This document shows positions 19,150 through 29,476 of a stretch of 64,000 bases of DNA, piece after piece. Made by a program: the position numbers and the translations under genes. The DNA is from Candidatus Helarchaeota archaeon (GTDB lineage Archaea; Asgardarchaeota; Lokiarchaeia; Helarchaeales; RDOG01), in contig JAHPZH010000005.1 in NCBI GenBank assembly GCA_019058315.1, positions 192,001 to 256,000 on the forward strand, written 5' to 3'. Below the pieces are notes generated by a model. The model searched no databases. It was not told the DNA's origin and worked only from the letters and a program-made list of their open reading frames with translations. Each line of letters opens with the position of its first letter. Within the stretch, counting starts at the first letter, position 1.

Positions 19150-20232
19150 ATGATGTCAAAGATGATCAATGGATATATAATTATTGTAGTCATTTCTATA
19201 ATCCCTCTATTAGTCCCATGTTTATTATTCTTTTACCAATTTATAAAAAGAAGAGAACGGTTTATCCTACTTGTGTCACTATCATGGTTTTTTTGGACTT
19301 TATTTATAATAAATTCGTTACTTTCAATATTAAATGCATCAGTCTCTCTCGTGAAGTTAGGGGGAGTTTTGATGGTTCCATTAACCTTCTCTTTTATTCT
19401 ATTCATTGACTCAATCTCCCGTGAATCGGTTGATCCAAAAAAACTTGTAATAATCACTGCTGCATCTATGTCATATCTTATAATTCACTTAACTCCTGGA
19501 TCGATAATAATATTTAAGTTTCCTAATGGATATCTTTACTTCAATGCAACTGCAGCTGATTTTTTATTATATTCATTTTTGATGCTCCTAATAGAAGGAA
19601 ATTCGATCTTTTTCTTAGCAAAAATCTATCGCAATGCTCCAAAGAGCTTAAAATATTATGCAAGTATAGGTTTTTACTCCCAATTACTATCTGCATGTAT
19701 TTTTGGTATTAGTGGAATTTTGAATTTAGAAACCTCAATTCCAGGCATTACTTATTCTATTATAGGGTTCGGTACACTGCCTCTCTCAATTGTATTCCTA
19801 AAAAAACCACAAATAGCTTTTATTCTTCCATTCAAAGCCTTGCGATTAATGGTTATTGAAACTAAAAGCGGTTTGCCTCTTTTTACTCATATTTGGAACG
19901 TAAAAGAGGATACAGTAAGTGAAGCTCTCTTTTCAGGAATGTTACAGGGTATAAGCATAATTTTAAATGAATCAGTAAAGAAAGGAAATGTTCGAGAAAT
20001 ACACTTGGAGCAAGCTGTTCTTATTATACGAAGAAGTGAAAAATTTACTGGTGCATGCGTGCTGGTTACTACTAAATCGTCTCGTTCTCTTCGTCAAGCA
20101 TTGGATGCGTTTGCGGATAAATTTTTCAAAAAATTTTCGCCATATTTTTCAGAACCGAGTAATACAGATAATTTTAAACCCGCTTCCGACTTGATAATGG
20201 ATTATTTTGCGTTCATTCCAGAATATGATTGA
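19150..20232 (+). CDS. 7-TM membrane protein with C-terminal longin/roadblock-like domain
   Basis: Seven hydrophobic segments, then RLMVIETKSGLPLF...LFSGMLQGISIILNE...VREIHLEQAVLII...ACVLV; paralog of 29477. Confidence 0.8.
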   Translation: MMSKMINGYIIIVVISIIPLLVPCLLFFYQFIKRRERFILLVSLSWFFWTLFIINSLLSILNASVSLVKLGGVLMVPLTFSFILFIDSISRESVDPKKLVIITAASMSYLIIHLTPGSIIIFKFPNGYLYFNATAADFLLYSFLMLLIEGNSIFFLAKIYRNAPKSLKYYASIGFYSQLLSACIFGISGILNLETSIPGITYSIIGFGTLPLSIVFLKKPQIAFILPFKALRLMVIETKSGLPLFTHIWNVKEDTVSEALFSGMLQGISIILNESVKKGNVREIHLEQAVLIIRRSEKFTGACVLVTTKSSRSLRQALDAFADKFFKKFSPYFSEPSNTDNFKPASDLIMDYFAFIPEYD

Positions 20233-20263
20233 ATAATAAATTTTTTGAGATAAAATACCTTTT

Positions 20264-21655
20264 TTAATTAATTTTCAACAGTATTCTTCCCCAACATGGA
20301 TAAATTTCGGCATTTATGTGATTATTATGAATATAAAACTCTTTTGACCCCCCTTGGTCTAAGAGCTCGACGAATTTTGCCCCATCAAGATGCTGATTCC
20401 AAAGCGGAATGTTTTTGTGTGCCTGCTGCAATTGATTGTTAACTATTACTAATATCGTTTGAGCTGATGATTTTCTTAAAAAGGCGAGTAGATTATTTTC
20501 TGCATAAACTGGAATTAGATTACCATAAATTAGTGCATGATTATTATTTCTGATTTTTATTAATTTTTGAACATGTTCAAAAATGTTTTTCCCATAATCT
20601 GGCCAAGATTCGACTTTTGTAGGCATCAGTTTTCGAACATCATCATCAGAATGTTGGGTTTTTACCCCATACGTGCCAATTTCATCACCATAGTAAATCT
20701 TAGGAATTCCATTACTGGTAAAGAGAAAAATAAACGCAGGATATAGGTAACGTTCATCATGTAGAATTGATCGAATTCGAGTAGTATCATGATTCCCCAA
20801 AAAATTTAATAGCGCAATATTCTTATTCAACCCCCATTGTGGATGAAAAGATCGTTCTAATACCGCTTTAAGTTCATGCATATTATTTGAATTAAATGCG
20901 CTCCAAGTGGATTTATAAACTTGGTATCCTGTGCCAGCATCTAGAAGTTCTGGACCAACCCATTTTGAATAAGGTCCATGAATCATTTCACCAACCAAAA
21001 AACAATCAGGTTTTGCATTTTTACACATTTGTCGGAATTCTCGCCAAAATGCAGGATTTATTTGATAAGCCACATCTAACCTCCATCCATCCATGCCTAT
21101 TTCTTTTAGCCAGTACGCTGCCACAGAAAAAATATAATCTTTCACATCTTTTTCTGACAAATTCAATTTTACCAGTTTATAATGCCCTTCCCAAGTCTTA
21201 TAATCAAAACCATCATTATAAGGACTATTTTTAGAGAAATCAATATAATGCCAGTGTTGCCGCCAAGAGTTTTGCCTATATTGTTGTATGTCCTTAAAAG
21301 AGTCGAATTCTCGACTAACATGGTTGAAAACTCCGTCAATTATCACCTTTAGTCCTACATCGTGGAGTTCGTTTACTATATCTTTAAATAATTCGTTTGT
21401 TCCCAATCTATGGTCAATTTTCATGTAATCAATGGTATCATAACCGTGAGACATGGATTCAAATAATGGTCCAAACTGAATTACGTTAATTCCTAATTTT
21501 TTAAAGTGATCATAATAATTACGAAGCTCTGCAAGGCGATTGACGGTCATATTTTCATCCTTATTGTGTTTGGGAGCACCGAAAAAGCCCAATGGGTATA
21601 TATGATAAAATATGCCACGTTTGGCCCAATCTGGAATGTAGTGTAGATTTTCCAT
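20264..21655 (-). CDS. GH13 alpha-amylase family glycosidase (neopullulanase/cyclomaltodextrinase-like), no signal peptide
   Basis: HGYDT.DY, DGVFNH, DGWRLDVA, VGEM, NHDT, YYGDEIG. Confidence 0.92.
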   Translation of the reverse strand: MENLHYIPDWAKRGIFYHIYPLGFFGAPKHNKDENMTVNRLAELRNYYDHFKKLGINVIQFGPLFESMSHGYDTIDYMKIDHRLGTNELFKDIVNELHDVGLKVIIDGVFNHVSREFDSFKDIQQYRQNSWRQHWHYIDFSKNSPYNDGFDYKTWEGHYKLVKLNLSEKDVKDYIFSVAAYWLKEIGMDGWRLDVAYQINPAFWREFRQMCKNAKPDCFLVGEMIHGPYSKWVGPELLDAGTGYQVYKSTWSAFNSNNMHELKAVLERSFHPQWGLNKNIALLNFLGNHDTTRIRSILHDERYLYPAFIFLFTSNGIPKIYYGDEIGTYGVKTQHSDDDVRKLMPTKVESWPDYGKNIFEHVQKLIKIRNNNHALIYGNLIPVYAENNLLAFLRKSSAQTILVIVNNQLQQAHKNIPLWNQHLDGAKFVELLDQGGSKEFYIHNNHINAEIYPCWGRILLKIN

Positions 21656-21807
21656 TATGTATCACATGCTATTGATTAAGCTGATTCTATAATTACTCAA
21701 ATTTACAAATAATATAAAATTCTAGTTGTTGACATTAGCAATATTAAATTCGTTAGTAAAAACCGAAAAAAAATAATAATAATTAAAAATATGTTTTATT
21801 GGAACAG

Positions 21808-23127
21808 TTACTTATTTTTAAATTTAATGACTTTCCTAATTTTCTTTACTTTTTTCTGCAGCCTTCTTTTTTTCTTCATTTCTTCTGCCCAACCCTCTGG
21901 TTTGAGGTATTTTGTATCTAAGCCATGTCCGATCGAAATTATATGGTCCCTTGTGACCTTCTCTATCTTGCTTCTGTGCGTAATATTGAATAATAAACCG
22001 GAAATTGCTTCGTCGAATGAAAGATCCAAATCTTGATAAAACACCCTTGGACCAGCTGGATATTTCCACTCCACGCTTTTCCACTCTCCTTTTTCAGGAT
22101 CATATTCTGGAGGAATACAATCCATGGTCTGTCTAGGTAATGGGACCCCTAATACCTTCAGGCGATAGCTCATATTACGCAAATTGCGATAAAATTCATC
22201 AGGATAGTTTTTCTTTCCAAATTCGATAATATCCTTATTGACGTGCTGCATATATAATTGATTCATGCTAAGCATTCTAGATATACTTTGGCACCATTGT
22301 GCACGTGTTAAAGCGAACATAGTGTTTAACATAGGAGGCCAAGGCTCATAGAGGAATAAGGAATGAGGTAAATTATATTTATTTTGTGCGTTTACTCCAT
22401 CATATGTCTGTCCTATTGCATCCCAATTCGAAAAGCTCTTAGCACCACCAACCATCATAAAAAATAATGCCACTTGATAAGAGGAATCTGCCCATTGGGG
22501 ATTTCTTTCATTCCTTAAATCGAGCATTATATCCCGAACTCTCGATGCTGCCACCGCTAAATCGTTAATTCTTTTAGGAATCTCCTTTAATCTATATCCT
22601 AGCTTCATATGCCTCCTTTCAAGGAATTCATCGTTTGGCATCATAAACCAGTAGTCTACTGGATAGCCCTCCTCCATATGAATATTAAAGGCGAGCTTTA
22701 TCTCTCTAGTAATATCGTTCACGCCGAGAAAACTAATGTCATGCGATGGTCCATATATCATAACCGAGCTGGATGAGTGAAGATCTGCTCTAATAGTAAG
22801 ATTCGGGGGATAACCCCAATATACCATAGTTTCGGACTTTCTCTTGATTTTTCCTTCTTCTAATGCTTTTTCTAGCTCGAACCCATCCTCCATTCGCTGA
22901 TTGAAAAAGCGTGCTTGACTCTCATCAAACCTTTCGGTCACTAACTTAGAATAATCCCTCCAATCTTCGAACTGGAGATCGTATAAGGTTAGTGGAGCTA
23001 ACGGCGTCCACTTTTTAGTATAAACTTCATCGGGGATGGTCTTATACGCTTCGGTAATTGTGCGTTTCGGTTTCAATTCAGAATCTTCAACGGCCTCTAA
23101 TTGCATTAGCATATCTCCTATATTCAT
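21808..23127 (-). CDS. Uncharacterised family X protein with polybasic C-terminal tail
   Basis: WGYPPNLTIRADLHSSSSVMIYGPSHDI etc.; probable start ATG 23106 after GGAGA. Confidence 0.85.
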   Translation of the reverse strand: MNIGDMLMQLEAVEDSELKPKRTITEAYKTIPDEVYTKKWTPLAPLTLYDLQFEDWRDYSKLVTERFDESQARFFNQRMEDGFELEKALEEGKIKRKSETMVYWGYPPNLTIRADLHSSSSVMIYGPSHDISFLGVNDITREIKLAFNIHMEEGYPVDYWFMMPNDEFLERRHMKLGYRLKEIPKRINDLAVAASRVRDIMLDLRNERNPQWADSSYQVALFFMMVGGAKSFSNWDAIGQTYDGVNAQNKYNLPHSLFLYEPWPPMLNTMFALTRAQWCQSISRMLSMNQLYMQHVNKDIIEFGKKNYPDEFYRNLRNMSYRLKVLGVPLPRQTMDCIPPEYDPEKGEWKSVEWKYPAGPRVFYQDLDLSFDEAISGLLFNITHRSKIEKVTRDHIISIGHGLDTKYLKPEGWAEEMKKKRRLQKKVKKIRKVIKFKNK

Positions 23128-23175
23128 TAAAAGGATGATAATAAAAAATTTTGAAATAGTGATTATTTTACAAAA

Positions 23176-24492
23176 TCATGAAGATTTTTTATATTTTATT
23201 ATTTTCTTTATTTTTTTAACCTTTCTTCGTAATCGCTTTTTTTTCTTTTGTTCTTCTATCCAACCTTCAGGTTTTAGGTATTTTGTATCAAAACCATGAC
23301 CGATAGAAATAATATCATCATGTGTTACTTTCTCTACTTTCGATTTATGCGTAATATTAAAAAGGACACCCGAAATAGCTTCATCAAAGGTTAATCCGAG
23401 ATCTTCATAGAATATTAGGGGCCCCTTTGGATATTTAAAGTCAATTGATTGCCACTCACCAATATTTGGATCATACTTTGGCAATTCACATTCCAAAGTC
23501 TGTTTAGGGAGAGGAACGCCGAGAACTTTTAATTGATAGCTATAATTGAGTAATTGCCGTAAATATTCATCATAATAATGCTTTTTTCCATGTTCTAGTA
23601 CATCCTTGTCCACATGTTGCATATATAACTGGTTCATGCTAAGCATTCGAGATAGAGAAACACACCATTGGTCTCTTTTAAGTGCGAAAAAGGTGTTGAG
23701 CATTGGAGGCCACGGTTCATAGAGGAATAACGAGTGAGGTAATTGATACATGTTCCTCGCATTCACTCCATCATAAATTTGACCGATGGCATCCCAATTT
23801 GAAAATTTCGTGATCCCACCGATCATGATGAAAAATAGAGCGACTTGGTAGCTACTGGCTGCCCATTGCGGATTTCGTTCATTTCTGATATCCATCATAA
23901 TATCTCTAACCCTACTGGCAGCAAGAGCGAGATCATCGAACTTTTGTGGCATTTCCTTTAATTTATAACCTAGCTTCATATGCCTTTTTTCAAGTGCTTC
24001 GTCATCAGGAAGCATTATCCAATAGTCAGTAGGATATCCATCCTCCATATGCAGCGTGAAGCCGAATCTAATCTCTCTGGTAATATCGTTTACTCCTAGA
24101 AATGAGATATCGTGCGATGGACCATAGATCATTACCGAACTTGAGGAATGGAGGTCTGCTCTTATCGTTAAATTAGGTGGATAGCCCCAATAAACCATAG
24201 TTTCAGCCTTACGCTTAATTTTTCCAAGATCCAGGGCTTCATTAAGCGATAAACTGTTTTTCATTCGTTCATCGAATAGCCTGGCTTCATTCTCATCCAT
24301 ACGTTCCGCTGCGAGCACTCTGTAGTCCGACCAATCATAAAACTGTAAATTGTAGAGTACGGTCGGAGAAAGTGGAGCCCACCTTTTGGAATAGACATCT
24401 TCAGGAATACTTTTATATGCTTCAGTATATGTTCGCTTCGGTTTTAACTCCGAATCATCTAAAGCTTCTATTAACAAATTCTTTCGCCCCAA
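23176..24492 (-). CDS. Uncharacterised family X protein with polybasic C-terminal tail
   Basis: Tandem paralog of 21808..23127. Confidence 0.85.
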   Translation of the reverse strand: MGRKNLLIEALDDSELKPKRTYTEAYKSIPEDVYSKRWAPLSPTVLYNLQFYDWSDYRVLAAERMDENEARLFDERMKNSLSLNEALDLGKIKRKAETMVYWGYPPNLTIRADLHSSSSVMIYGPSHDISFLGVNDITREIRFGFTLHMEDGYPTDYWIMLPDDEALEKRHMKLGYKLKEMPQKFDDLALAASRVRDIMMDIRNERNPQWAASSYQVALFFIMIGGITKFSNWDAIGQIYDGVNARNMYQLPHSLFLYEPWPPMLNTFFALKRDQWCVSLSRMLSMNQLYMQHVDKDVLEHGKKHYYDEYLRQLLNYSYQLKVLGVPLPKQTLECELPKYDPNIGEWQSIDFKYPKGPLIFYEDLGLTFDEAISGVLFNITHKSKVEKVTHDDIISIGHGFDTKYLKPEGWIEEQKKKKRLRRKVKKIKKIIKYKKSS

Positions 24493-24734
24493 TTTATTTT
24501 AATATTAATAAAATTTTGAATATTTTACAAATAATAAAATCTAGAATTTAAAATTTTAGTTAGTATTAGGAAATTATAACTTTAAAAAATTGTCCAAATT
24601 GTAACATTAGCTATATCAAATATTAGATATTATTTTTAAAACTCAATTTAAGGTATTTTTGATTATGTAAGAAAAAAAAGCTTTGGATTTGGAACTTTAT
24701 CGAAAATATACTGGAATCAAATATTGATTGATGG

Positions 24735-26294
24735 TTAGAATTCATCTTTTGGTAGTAGCATTAATTTCCCTACAAGATCTGTGATTGCTTTAGCAGTTGA
24801 TCCTAATTTTTCTACATCAATTTTATCCAGAGTGTCTTTAGCAGTAAGTAAATAATAGGGTGATCTAATCCAATGAATTACATTAATCCCACTTTGAGCA
24901 ACCAAATGTCCTGCTTCCCCGATCGGCATCGTCCCGAAAAAATTATCAGGAATGAGGATTAGTTTTTCTAGGGGATGGTCTTGGCACATTTTAATCATAG
25001 TAGAAACCAAAGATATTTTCCTCGAAATAAATATGACACCGATAGCCAGCTCATCTTTTAAACTAAAATCATGTGTAACGGGGTCTTCCGAAACATCTTT
25101 CGCACATAAATGTTCTAAATTAACATCAACAAGGACCTTCTTTAATAAATTATTCCTTTGTTTTCTAGCGAATGTTTCTGCACCAATTCCAGCGTATAAA
25201 TGCCCTGCAGTAATTAGGAATAGGATACTCCTAGGTCTTTCTGAACGTGGAATTTTAGACCAAGCAGCTAGTTGTGCAAGGACCATTGCAACACCCGTGC
25301 CATCTTCAGATGCTCCTTTGAACGCGGAATCGTGATGAGTTGAAATCATAATCATATCATCTGATTTACCAGGAAGTATACCATAAATATTGTGAGCCGT
25401 ACCAGGATTTTGTTCTCCCTCTAGTATTATAGTTCCTGTCGCATTGTCTGATCTCGCTATTTTTCGTAGTTGCATTCCATCATATTTACCAACATAGAGA
25501 CCAGGAATGGGTTTCATTACCCCATCATAAGGTCCCCAATGACTGTTTGTATTTGACGGATGATCCTTTAATATTAAAATTATGCCAACAGCACCATGGT
25601 CAACTGCCTGCCAATATATTGATTCTTTATTAGGTTTAGCACCAATGGACTGTGGTGGAAAATTTAATCGTGCAAAAGTTAGGATGGTTTTTGAATTTTC
25701 ATCAATTTCATTATTAGGATCAGAAACATAATAACTATCAAAAGCTTTGGTTAACATTCCATAAGGAAAGGTTGGAAATTCAATATCTCCAACTACTATT
25801 TTCCCTTTAACATCAATTTTTTCAAATTTTTTTGGTTTACCTTTACCTACATAAACAAGGGGTGCAGTGATGCCTGTAGATCCGGTGAATCCCGAATTTA
25901 GAACATAAAAACAGGGCATTTCGATTTGTTTTTCACCAGTTGAAACAATTAATTTCCAATTGGACGCATTCCAAAGGGTTATTTTTAATGGTTCTTTGGT
26001 TATGTTTTCTAAACCAGCATCATGAAATTTATGTGCAATAAAATCTTCAATTAAATGTGCTTCGGGAGTTCCTATCCGACGATGAGGAGGTTCACAAATT
26101 TTTTGTAAAAGTGAGTTTACCTCTTGTGAATCGGGAGTTGACACGGAATAAGGAAAATCTTGAATATTTTTTATTTTTTCCAGAGCATTTTCCTTCATTT
26201 TTGTAATATATGGAAGGATCTTTTGTAAATGTAATAAAAAATTGTCAATTGTAATGTTAAATTCGGGTGTAGGTTCGAGAGTCTCATTACTCAT
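24735..26294 (-). CDS. M28 family peptidase with PA domain
   Basis: RRIGT, PA insert (APLVYVGKG...VKGKIVV), ISTHHDS, GASEDGTG, AGH, NLEH. Confidence 0.8.
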   Translation of the reverse strand: MSNETLEPTPEFNITIDNFLLHLQKILPYITKMKENALEKIKNIQDFPYSVSTPDSQEVNSLLQKICEPPHRRIGTPEAHLIEDFIAHKFHDAGLENITKEPLKITLWNASNWKLIVSTGEKQIEMPCFYVLNSGFTGSTGITAPLVYVGKGKPKKFEKIDVKGKIVVGDIEFPTFPYGMLTKAFDSYYVSDPNNEIDENSKTILTFARLNFPPQSIGAKPNKESIYWQAVDHGAVGIILILKDHPSNTNSHWGPYDGVMKPIPGLYVGKYDGMQLRKIARSDNATGTIILEGEQNPGTAHNIYGILPGKSDDMIMISTHHDSAFKGASEDGTGVAMVLAQLAAWSKIPRSERPRSILFLITAGHLYAGIGAETFARKQRNNLLKKVLVDVNLEHLCAKDVSEDPVTHDFSLKDELAIGVIFISRKISLVSTMIKMCQDHPLEKLILIPDNFFGTMPIGEAGHLVAQSGINVIHWIRSPYYLLTAKDTLDKIDVEKLGSTAKAITDLVGKLMLLPKDEF

Positions 26295-26494
26295 AATTTT
26301 TTCGCCAAAATTTATATTGATTAGTTATTTCGAATTGTTATTATTAAAAACTATTTATGTTCTTATTTAGATTAAAAAACCATTATATTTTTTACATACC
26401 AAATTTAATTTAATAAATTTACAAAAATATTAAATATTTGATTTTTTGAAGCTTATATGGTAATTATAATATCATTTTATAAGGAGATAGAGTC

Positions 26495-27805
26495 GTGATA
26501 CTAGAACCGTTAGATGATTCTGAATTAAAACCGAAACGGACTATGACTGAAGCGTATAAAAGCATTCCCGATCACATTTATACTAAGAAATGGACCCCTC
26601 TTGCACCTACAGTTCTGTGGAATCTCCAATTTTATGATTGGGGTGAATATGAGGGGTTGGTTTCTGGAAGATATGATGAGCATTTAGCTCGTTTATTTAG
26701 GAAACGCATGGATGACGGAATGGAGTTAGATAGAATGTTAGATGAGGGCGAAATCAAGCGAAAGTCGGAGACCATGGTCTACTGGGGCTATCCTCCCAAC
26801 CTCACTATCCGGGCAGACCTTCATTCATCTAGCTCTGTGATGATATACGGACCATCGCATGATATTTGTTTTTGTGGTATAAATGATATAACCCGTGAAG
26901 TCCGCCTCGCTTATAATATTCACATGGAAGAAGGATATCCCACAGAATTTTGGTTCATGTTCCCTGATGACGAAGCTCTTGATAGGCGTCACATGAAGTT
27001 GGGTTACAAGTTAAGAGAGATGCCTAAGCGATATAATGACCTTCCAATTGCAGCATCGAAGATCCGCGATATAATGATGGATATTCGCAACGAAAGAACT
27101 CCGCAATATGCACTTTCTTCTTTTCAAATCTCCGTATTTTATCTCATGGTCGGAGGTGTTACTAAGTTTTCAAACTGGGATGCACTTGGGCAAATATATG
27201 ATGGAGTCAACGCTAAAAATGTGTATGAACTACCGCATTATATGTTTGGATATGAACCATGGCCCCCAATGCTTAATACTTTCTTCGCACTTGATAGAGA
27301 CCAGTGGTGCATTTCGCTTTCTCGCATGCTTAGCATGAATCAACTTTACATGCAACATGTGGATAAAGAATCGTTGGAGATTATCAAAAAGAACTATCCC
27401 GAGGAATTTAAACGAAATCAACTAACTTACAGCTATCAACTAAAAAAGATTGGAGTACCCCTTCCCCAACAGACGATGAAATGTATTCCACCTAAATTTA
27501 ACCCGACAACTGGCGAATGGGAAAGTTTAGAATTCCAATATCCAGAGGGTTTGCGTATTTTCTACGATGACCCCGCTCTCGATTTAAGTTTTGATGAAGC
27601 GACATCGGGTGTTCTGTTTAATCTAACTCATAAAACAAAGAATTTAGAGAAGGTCACAAAGGATCACGTTATCAGCATTGGACATGGTCTGAACACAAGG
27701 TATCTTAAACCGGAAGGGTGGATTGAAGAAGAGAAGAGAAAGAAAAGACGTCTAAGAAAAGTTAAGAAAGTTAGGAAATTAATAAAGTATAAAAAGACCG
27801 CATAA
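26495..27805 (+). CDS. Uncharacterised family X protein with polybasic C-terminal tail
   Basis: GTG start after AAGGAGA; paralog of 8140, 21808 and 23176. Confidence 0.85.
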   Translation: MILEPLDDSELKPKRTMTEAYKSIPDHIYTKKWTPLAPTVLWNLQFYDWGEYEGLVSGRYDEHLARLFRKRMDDGMELDRMLDEGEIKRKSETMVYWGYPPNLTIRADLHSSSSVMIYGPSHDICFCGINDITREVRLAYNIHMEEGYPTEFWFMFPDDEALDRRHMKLGYKLREMPKRYNDLPIAASKIRDIMMDIRNERTPQYALSSFQISVFYLMVGGVTKFSNWDALGQIYDGVNAKNVYELPHYMFGYEPWPPMLNTFFALDRDQWCISLSRMLSMNQLYMQHVDKESLEIIKKNYPEEFKRNQLTYSYQLKKIGVPLPQQTMKCIPPKFNPTTGEWESLEFQYPEGLRIFYDDPALDLSFDEATSGVLFNLTHKTKNLEKVTKDHVISIGHGLNTRYLKPEGWIEEEKRKKRRLRKVKKVRKLIKYKKTA

Positions 27806-28054
27806 AAATAAGCTCTTTATAAATTTTTTTTGCTATTTCAATAGAATTACAGTGAAAGATTGAAAAACTTATTTATCATAGATATAACCTTTTATCTATC
27901 TTGTTTTTTATACAAAATTAACTCATTCTACTAAAGATTTTAAAAATTAATTTGGTACTGAAATTTATTTCATACAATGATCTTTATTTTTCATATGAGG
28001 TAAAAAAAATTAAAAGTTTATAAAATTAAAAATTCTTGGTAGAGGTGATATTGG

Positions 28055-28336
28055 TTGCCTACTTGTAAAAAATGTGGGAAATTAATTTCAAACGAACAAT
28101 ATCTCGAGTTTGATGGTCTTTGTACTCAATGCAAAAGGCTATCATATTACAAAAAGTTTGAAAGTGGTGAGGGTTTAAAAGGTTTAGGAGTAATTTTTAC
28201 TTGTATGAGTATTGGTTTATGGTCGTATGTGTTTTTACCTGTTGGAAATCCAATTTACATAGCAATACCTATAGCCTTAGCAGTAACCATTATAGGAATA
28301 TTATTTATTTATTTCGGATATAAAAAGAGTAAATAA
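28055..28336 (+). CDS. Small protein: N-terminal zinc finger plus 2 TM
   Basis: CKKC...CTQC, two hydrophobic helices, GAGGTGA RBS. Confidence 0.7.
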   Translation: MPTCKKCGKLISNEQYLEFDGLCTQCKRLSYYKKFESGEGLKGLGVIFTCMSIGLWSYVFLPVGNPIYIAIPIALAVTIIGILFIYFGYKKSK

Positions 28337-28546
28337 TAGAGTTTTAGTTTAACCTATAGAATAGACCAACTAAAAATAAACTAGATTAATATGAAAATAA
28401 AATATTCTTTTAGAATTAAACTTATTTTTTATATATCCGGTTAAAAAATCCTAAAAGAGTATTCAAATTTAGAACATACGATTAGAATTTAAACACAACA
28501 ATTTTATTTTCATTTTCTAATACTCTTGAAAGTCTAATTTAACCTT

Positions 28547-29362
28547 CTAAGTCTTTAATCCTTTAAATAATGTATATGTATAAAACCCATGATAATATTT
28601 ATTATTGAGGATATAATCGCTTGAACGTGGATCTCGTATCCTTTCAAATGTTTGCCAATCATTTTTATCAATCTCAGACTCCGCTCCACCCCAAAACATT
28701 TGAAATAAGAATCTTAATGCGTTTTTATCATTTTCGCTAAGCGGAGTGGTAATATCTTCTACATAAGTTTTAGCTTTAACATACTTAAAACCAGCCTTCT
28801 CTAACCAATAGCTTGCATTCAATACGTGGATCATAGGATTCATATTTTTCGTAAACGGTGCTGTTGCAGAAGATGTGTTATTCAGCGTAGCTTCCAGAGT
28901 TGGGTAACCTGCAAGCAATTTTTGTGAGGACCAAAACAAGATAAAAATGGATCCACCCGGCTTAATCACGCGATAATATTCCTTAATAATTGGTAATGGA
29001 TCTTCGGATGGACAACCAAGCTCCTTTGGTCCAGGCCACACTGTATCAGCACTCCACACCCAATCAAAAGAATTATCATTAAATGGAAGTGAATTAATAT
29101 CACCTTCCTCAAATTCCACATTTTTTGTCTTATATTTGTTATTAGCATAAGAGACAAAATCTTTGGATAAATCTAAGCCAATTACATGTCCATTTCTCCC
29201 TACTTCCTTTGAGAGATGCTTTGTAATGGATCCTATTCCGCATCCTGCGTCCAATCCCTTACTTCCCGGTGGAATATCAAGCGATTTTATAATACGGTGC
29301 ATCAAAGGATCTCTAAATGTAGTAAGCATTTCATATGAAGCAATTTCTGTTTCATTTTCCAT
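28547..29362 (-). CDS. Class I SAM-dependent methyltransferase (UbiE-like fold)
   Basis: GLDAGCGIG, VIGLDLS, GDINSLPFNDNSFD, RVIKPGG. Confidence 0.92.
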   Translation of the reverse strand: MENETEIASYEMLTTFRDPLMHRIIKSLDIPPGSKGLDAGCGIGSITKHLSKEVGRNGHVIGLDLSKDFVSYANNKYKTKNVEFEEGDINSLPFNDNSFDWVWSADTVWPGPKELGCPSEDPLPIIKEYYRVIKPGGSIFILFWSSQKLLAGYPTLEATLNNTSSATAPFTKNMNPMIHVLNASYWLEKAGFKYVKAKTYVEDITTPLSENDKNALRFLFQMFWGGAESEIDKNDWQTFERIRDPRSSDYILNNKYYHGFYTYTLFKGLKT

Positions 29363-29476
29363 TTTATCATCATTTAATTATTTGATTACCATGCATTTTT
29401 TTATTTATTTTATCTCCCATTAAATTTAATATATAAAAATGACATTTGAAAATAAAGTAAATTCTTACCAAAAATA

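Noticed and set aside
11217-19457. Short antisense/overlapping ORFs inside MFS and membrane genes
   Set aside because: Shadow ORFs of hydrophobic coding sequence; no independent RBS or motifs
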